In this document: positions 36,001-42,000 of the stretch, in pieces
How positions within the stretch are numbered: the first letter of the stretch is position 1
Layout: every line of letters begins with the position of its first letter
Virus record (IMG/VR): IMGVR_UViG_3300005077_000001
Location: 96,001 to 160,000 of that record
Source of the DNA: a virus
Taxonomy: Duplodnaviria; Caudoviricetes
Strand: one strand, 5' to 3'
Length of the DNA: 64,000 nucleotides
Position numbers and translations under genes: made by a program
Notes under the pieces: model-generated
What the model was told of the DNA's origin: nothing
The model's input: only the letters and a program-made list of their open reading frames with translations
Database searches by the model: none

Positions 36001-39000
36001 TGATAAAAAAGGCGTTTTTATAGAAATTATGGAACGGTTACATGGAGAAACTGTGCATAATTCTGTTGGTCAATCAGGTTTTAATAAGTATGAGGTACTA
36101 AAGGATTATAAACAAAAAATTTATGAAATGTTGAAACGTAAAGTATTTCCAGTAGATTCTCATCTTAATAATATATTTTTGGAAAGTTCATCTAAAAAAC
36201 AGAAATTTATAGACTTAGGATCTTTAGATTTAGGAGAAAATGTTGAATATATAAATGAAATTTTAAAAGACATAGGAGTTAATCAATATTCTAATTACTT
36301 AACTAATGATCACTCAGCTAAAATAGAGCAATCAAAAATAGCAATAGAAGCTTATGCTGGGCCTGTTGTTGATATTCAAAAAAAAATGACGGCTGGTAAT
36401 AAAAAGATTTTAAAAGAGATTTCGATTCCAAATTTGGAAAGATTAATTCCTCTTTTTAAGAATAAAACACTAAAAGACATGTTTCAAAATGCTTTAGATA
36501 CAGCTAAACAATATGCTGGGTCTCCTTCACTCTTAAAAGGTCCAAATGATTTTCCAACTTTCTTAAGCGGTCTACATCCAGGAATGGCCCCTGAACAAGC
36601 CATTGATGCAGCTATGGCGGCTAACAAACAATCTATTGAATACTTAGGTGGCCCAGAAAAAGCGGCGGGTTTCTTAGAAGGGTTTAAAACTCCATTATTA
36701 GAAGAAACACAAAAGAAAATAAGAGATATTATGAGAGGAGAATTTGGTGGTTCTTCCTCACTAACTAGTCATTTTATGAATAGTTTACGAAGGATGCCGC
36801 AGTCTTATGAGGCTGTTAAATCTCTTCATTCTGGGGTTAGAAACTTAGGTCTTCAAAACCAAGTTAATCTATTTGGTGGTGGAGTAAGAGATATTTTAAG
36901 AGGCGAAACACCAAATGATTATGATGTACAAGTTAGAAGCCAAGAAGCATTGGATCTATTAAGAAGTAAAATGCCTTGGGATCTTTATAAAGTCAATGAA
37001 GCTTTTGATGTTAAATCTTATATGCTTCCTACAAGGAGAGAGTTTTTATCTACATTAGTGAATGAGCTTATAAAGCATACTTTTTTAAGCAAAACAGTAG
37101 GAAGAGCACAAACAGCACATCAAGTAACACAAGATTTAAATACACTTTTAGGCAAAGATATTAAGAGAGAAGTTTTAGATAGATTTGGAGGTAGTTCTTC
37201 TTTATTTGATATGTCTCCTGATTTTAAAATAGATTTAAGTAAACCTATAATTGATATACCAAAGATTCCTAAGATACCTAGAATACCAAAAACAGGGTAC
37301 TATCCTAAAGGTAATTTAGATACCTATTATGATTCTATATTTGCAACTCCAGAAGAAAAACGAAGTATATCTTGGAATGAAAGATTCAATGTAGATTCAC
37401 TAGTTCAAGGACCATTTGAAAACCTATATGATGACATAATGCGTGATAAATATGCTCCTAGAACCCGTCCAAGTATAAATTTTAGAAATTTATTTAGTGC
37501 TCCTCAATTTAGAAATATATTTTCTAATTTAAAAGATAGTGGAAGTGTATTTTTTGGTGGTACTGGGAAAGCTCAAAGTACACAAGTGGAATTAAAAACA
37601 TCTAAAGATATAGAAAGATGGTTAAGACAATTCACTGAAGCTGAAGTAATGCAAGTTGCACAAGAAAGCCATAGATTAACTGGGGATTTAGCAGGTCGTC
37701 AAGCTCCTACACAAGAAACTGCAAGGGATTATATACTTAATATACTAAACGATATTGCTCAACGAGAAGGTGGTAAACTATTAGCTGGGACTGGAATAGC
37801 TAAGAAATTCTTACAAATTATTGCTCCTGATCTAACTCCTTCGTTATTTACTGGTCAAACTTCAGAAGGTAGTATCAGAAGAGGCCATAGCTTTGGAAGA
37901 CCTAGTGCCACTTTCGGAGGAGGTAGAGTTTCTATTACTGAAAGTGTTGCTGGAACAGGTGCGGAGAAACATGAATTTGGAGAAGCACTTTCTGATGTAG
38001 CTATCCAATTATTACATCAGCGTTTTGAAACCGGTACTACTTCAAAAGAGCAACTAGCTTATGAAGATTTAATGCCACTAATAGAGAAGTCTGCACCTAA
38101 AACTGCACAAGAAATAAAGGATCAAATGGAACGTAAACTGGCATATCCTACGGAAGGTGAAAAGTTTAGTGAAGTTTTAGCGGATATTATGGGGCAACAT
38201 CAAGAAAAGTTGGTAGGTAATCTAATATTAAAAAACAATATTACTCCTGAAGAATTCATGGATATACTAAAGCCTACTGGAAAAGAAAGTGGTTATGAGG
38301 AATTCATTACTAAAGAAGCTTGGCATAAAGTATTGCAAGAGCGTTATTATGAAACACCCAGAGGGGAGGGAGAAGGTGCTATGCCAGAACTCCCACGTGG
38401 GTATAAGTTAGAAAAAGGGGTTGGTAGATTAGGATATCGTACAGCAGGAGCGGCAGAAAGTTTACTCCATGTTCCAATGATTGGTAGCCCATTGTCTTTA
38501 GTAAGTGCTGCATCCAAACTAACAGAAGGAACTAGATTTAGTTCTCCTTTCCAAATAGCAGAAGAAGCAATGATGACTATGCGTGGTCCACTCGGTATGG
38601 CTGCTAGATTTCCTTTTGGTATGGCGGGTATCTTTGCTGGTTCTGCGTTAGGAAAAGGACAAGAACTAGGAGAGAAATTAAATATTAACCCTCTAACTGG
38701 CACTCTACTTGCTTCACCAGAAGAATTATTAAATTTTCAATTATTTAATCTTGGAAGCCAAGCTGAGTTCTTTGGAAAAACACCTTTATCTAAAATTGGA
38801 AAGCCTATTGGTCCTACTTGGATGCACGGATGGGGAGGAAATTTATCACCAGAATTACAGGTGAAAAGAGCAATAGCTGAAGCGGGAACACTTAGAGGAG
38901 GAGCAGCTTCCCTGCTTAAAACGGGTGGTAGCTTAGTAAAAGGTACTGTAGCAATGGAAGCTCTTAGTCCTGTTGGGGAATCTATTTTTGGTTATATTAA

Positions 39001-42000
39001 TGAAAGATACGGAAAAGAAATAGATGAGAAATTAAAAGGAATAATGGGGGAAGATACTTATAAAAATTTTGCTTTAACTACGAGTGGTATAGCTAGACAG
39101 TTTTCTTACATATTTAGTAAAGTAGGAGAAGCTGCAACTAGTGTTCCTGGGGGAGAGTTAGCTAGCTTCGCTATTAGCGGAATAAGAACCAACATGAGTC
39201 GTTTAATAAGTGACAGAATAGATACAAAAGCAATAAAATCCGCTAAAGAAAATATTAGAAGCTTAGAACAACAAATGCAAGATTTTCCTACATTTAAACC
39301 TTTCTATGAACAACAAATACAAGAAAAACAACTTAATATTGAAGCGTCTGGTCGATCTATGGGGGATAGGTTATTAGAAAGGATGATGGGGCAGAGGTTT
39401 GGAGAAGGAGCTACTAGCACAAGGGTTGAGGATATACAACAAAGAATTGACTGGATGAAAAAAGCTTTAGCAGGAGGAACATTAGAAACTAAACCATCTA
39501 TCCCATTTGATTTGGGTCCTCTAAACTTCATAAATGATTTACTACCAAAACCTGAATTAGATGATAAGCGTAAATGGGAAGAAGTAATACCTGAAGGTGC
39601 CCGCAAACAATTATTAGAGAGGGAAATAAAAAAATTAGAAGCTCAAATGCAAACTCCAACTGCTATTGGAAATTTACCTAATATTAATGATTTTATGTAC
39701 GAAAAAACAGAAAAAATTGTTAATATGAGAAAAGAAAGAATGGATTTAGAAGATGAATTAAATAAGCTTATTGGCGAAGATCCAATGGGCGGCCAAACGG
39801 GCCCAGCCAGAGCTGGTATTAGAAATAAAATAGCAGATTTAGACAAAAGAATAAATCAAGAAGTTCAAGTAACTGATAATTATTATAAATTAATAACTGA
39901 GGCACAAAAAGCACAAGTCTCTTCTACACAACCGCAGATTCTGGCTGAACCGGCACCTGCCCAATTAGAACCTGGTACTGAAGTTAAGCCACCAAAAGAA
40001 AAAGTAATGATGCCTGGTATTTTAGGAGATTTGATTAAACATAAATATGCACCACAAATTGTAGCATTAGTTGGTATGATTCCTAAACCAAAAGTTCCAG
40101 TTAAAACATTAGCTGATACTCCAAAAGAAGAGATAGAAAAAGCTTTAGAACTTGCTAAATCTGAACGAGGTAAAGCTTATAACGATTACTATAATTCCCA
40201 AGAGTATGAAAAAAATAAGGAATTGATGAATGATATCCTTAATTCTAAACCTGGGTCAAAAGAATGGCGTGAAGCGTCAGAGAGGTATAAACACTACACT
40301 ACTGAAACTACATCTCATCTAAATCTTAAAGAATCAAGAGTATTTGAATTAGAAAAAGAATTACAAAAAAGGGATGAAAAGGCAACTGAGGTAAGAAAAA
40401 GGTTAAAAGATAGAGAGAAAGCAATTAGTGATGAGAATAGTGAGATAGAGAAAAAGATAAGATTCATTTCTAAAGATAGTAGGGTTAGTGAATACCCACA
40501 AGCTGATTACTTTAAAAATAGAATTGATACAACAACAGAAGATATAGAAAAAAGAAGAGATAAGAACCGAGCATTGTTGGCTGAATATGCCTATAATTTA
40601 AATCAACCCGGATTTGAGGCAAACGCTACTAAAAGTGAAGATGTTCTAAATGAAAAAACTTGGAATCGTGAATACGGAACATATGAACCTGTGCGTATGC
40701 CTAAAGCTGTACCGTTTATTAAGCCATTTGATCCGTATGAAGCAGAACGTGCTCAGTTAAATATGTGGGGGTATACTCCTTCACAATTATATAAAAAGAC
40801 TCATCCTAAAGAACGAACTCCGTTGAGATTACCTGGAATGGGATTTGGAGTAGTGTTTACTGCTGGTGGAGCTAGAGAAGAAGGTTCTGGTGGAGCTTGG
40901 GATTTAGGCAGCTCTTTTATGTCTGATCAATCAGATTATAGAAATGCTGGTTTTGGATATCCAAAAAGAGAAATGGATGATAGAACAATAGGTGCTTTAA
41001 GTCAAGCAGAAAAGGCTAGACGAGAGTATATGGGGCTCTTAATTAGGGCACATACCCAATTTGATTCAACGGGCAGTAAAGGTTCATTCCCAGCAGGAGT
41101 ACAAAAATTATTAGATGAAGCAAAACTTAAGCAGCGTTATTATGAACGTAGAGCATCTCAATTTGAGCACAACGAAAGAGCAGTAAGAAACGGAGAAATG
41201 GTAAATGGTAAGTCTGTTACCATGGATACCCCCGGCTATATGGGAATGAATGGTGATTGGATTTATAAAGAACACCCTGATGATGCTAAACTTCGTATGG
41301 ACTGGGAAGAAAGAGATAGAATAGCTAGGAATAGATATGATCAAGAACATTTCCTTGATGGAACTAATATTTTAGGCGGGGCTCCTAATGAAACAATGAA
41401 AGAAAATGCGTATTTGATGGGGTTACCACATGATAAACAACAAGCTTTACAGCAATTAAAACAATATGGATACTCCCAAGATAAATTAAATCAGATTGGT
41501 GGAATATTACAATCAGGGAAATCGCTAAAACAGGTGGGGTTAGAAGGGTTAGCTCAGAATCAACAAGCAATTTTGGATTTTTGGAAAAATGCTAAACCTA
41601 CGAGCATGATGTCTCAAGAAGAAATAGATAGAAAACGAAATGAAGCGGAACTGACAATGCAACAATATAATGATAAATTAGGACTTTCACAAAATAACCG
41701 GGGTTGGGATGATAAGGCGTATGGAAGATACATAGCTCAAAATGCAAGACCAGAAGTTAGTCATTTGATGGTTGATTATTATAGAAAAAGGCATGGGATG
41801 ATCAATGCAAGAGAAGATTCTTTTGAAAATTCAAGAGAACAATGGGAATATCGTAGAAAAGAAGTCGGAGATTTATCTGATGAGGAGAGAAATGCAAGAG
41901 ATCAAAGGTTAAGAGAAGGAATACCTAATTCTGGAGATTTTGATAGAGATACTTGGGAAGAAACTAAACGGATGCAGGATTACTATTTTAGTAAATGGAG

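Noticed and set aside
36053-36070. Intein C-terminal HN-S junction (VHNS)
   Set aside because: It lies inside the kinase-like domain and I found no upstream intein block A or splicing motifs
37030-37050. Twin-arginine signal-like TRREFL
   Set aside because: It is about 10,300 residues from the N-terminus and better explained as a degenerate RRDF motif or chance
37256-37291. IPKIPKIPRIPK micro-repeat
   Set aside because: Short low-complexity linker with no functional support
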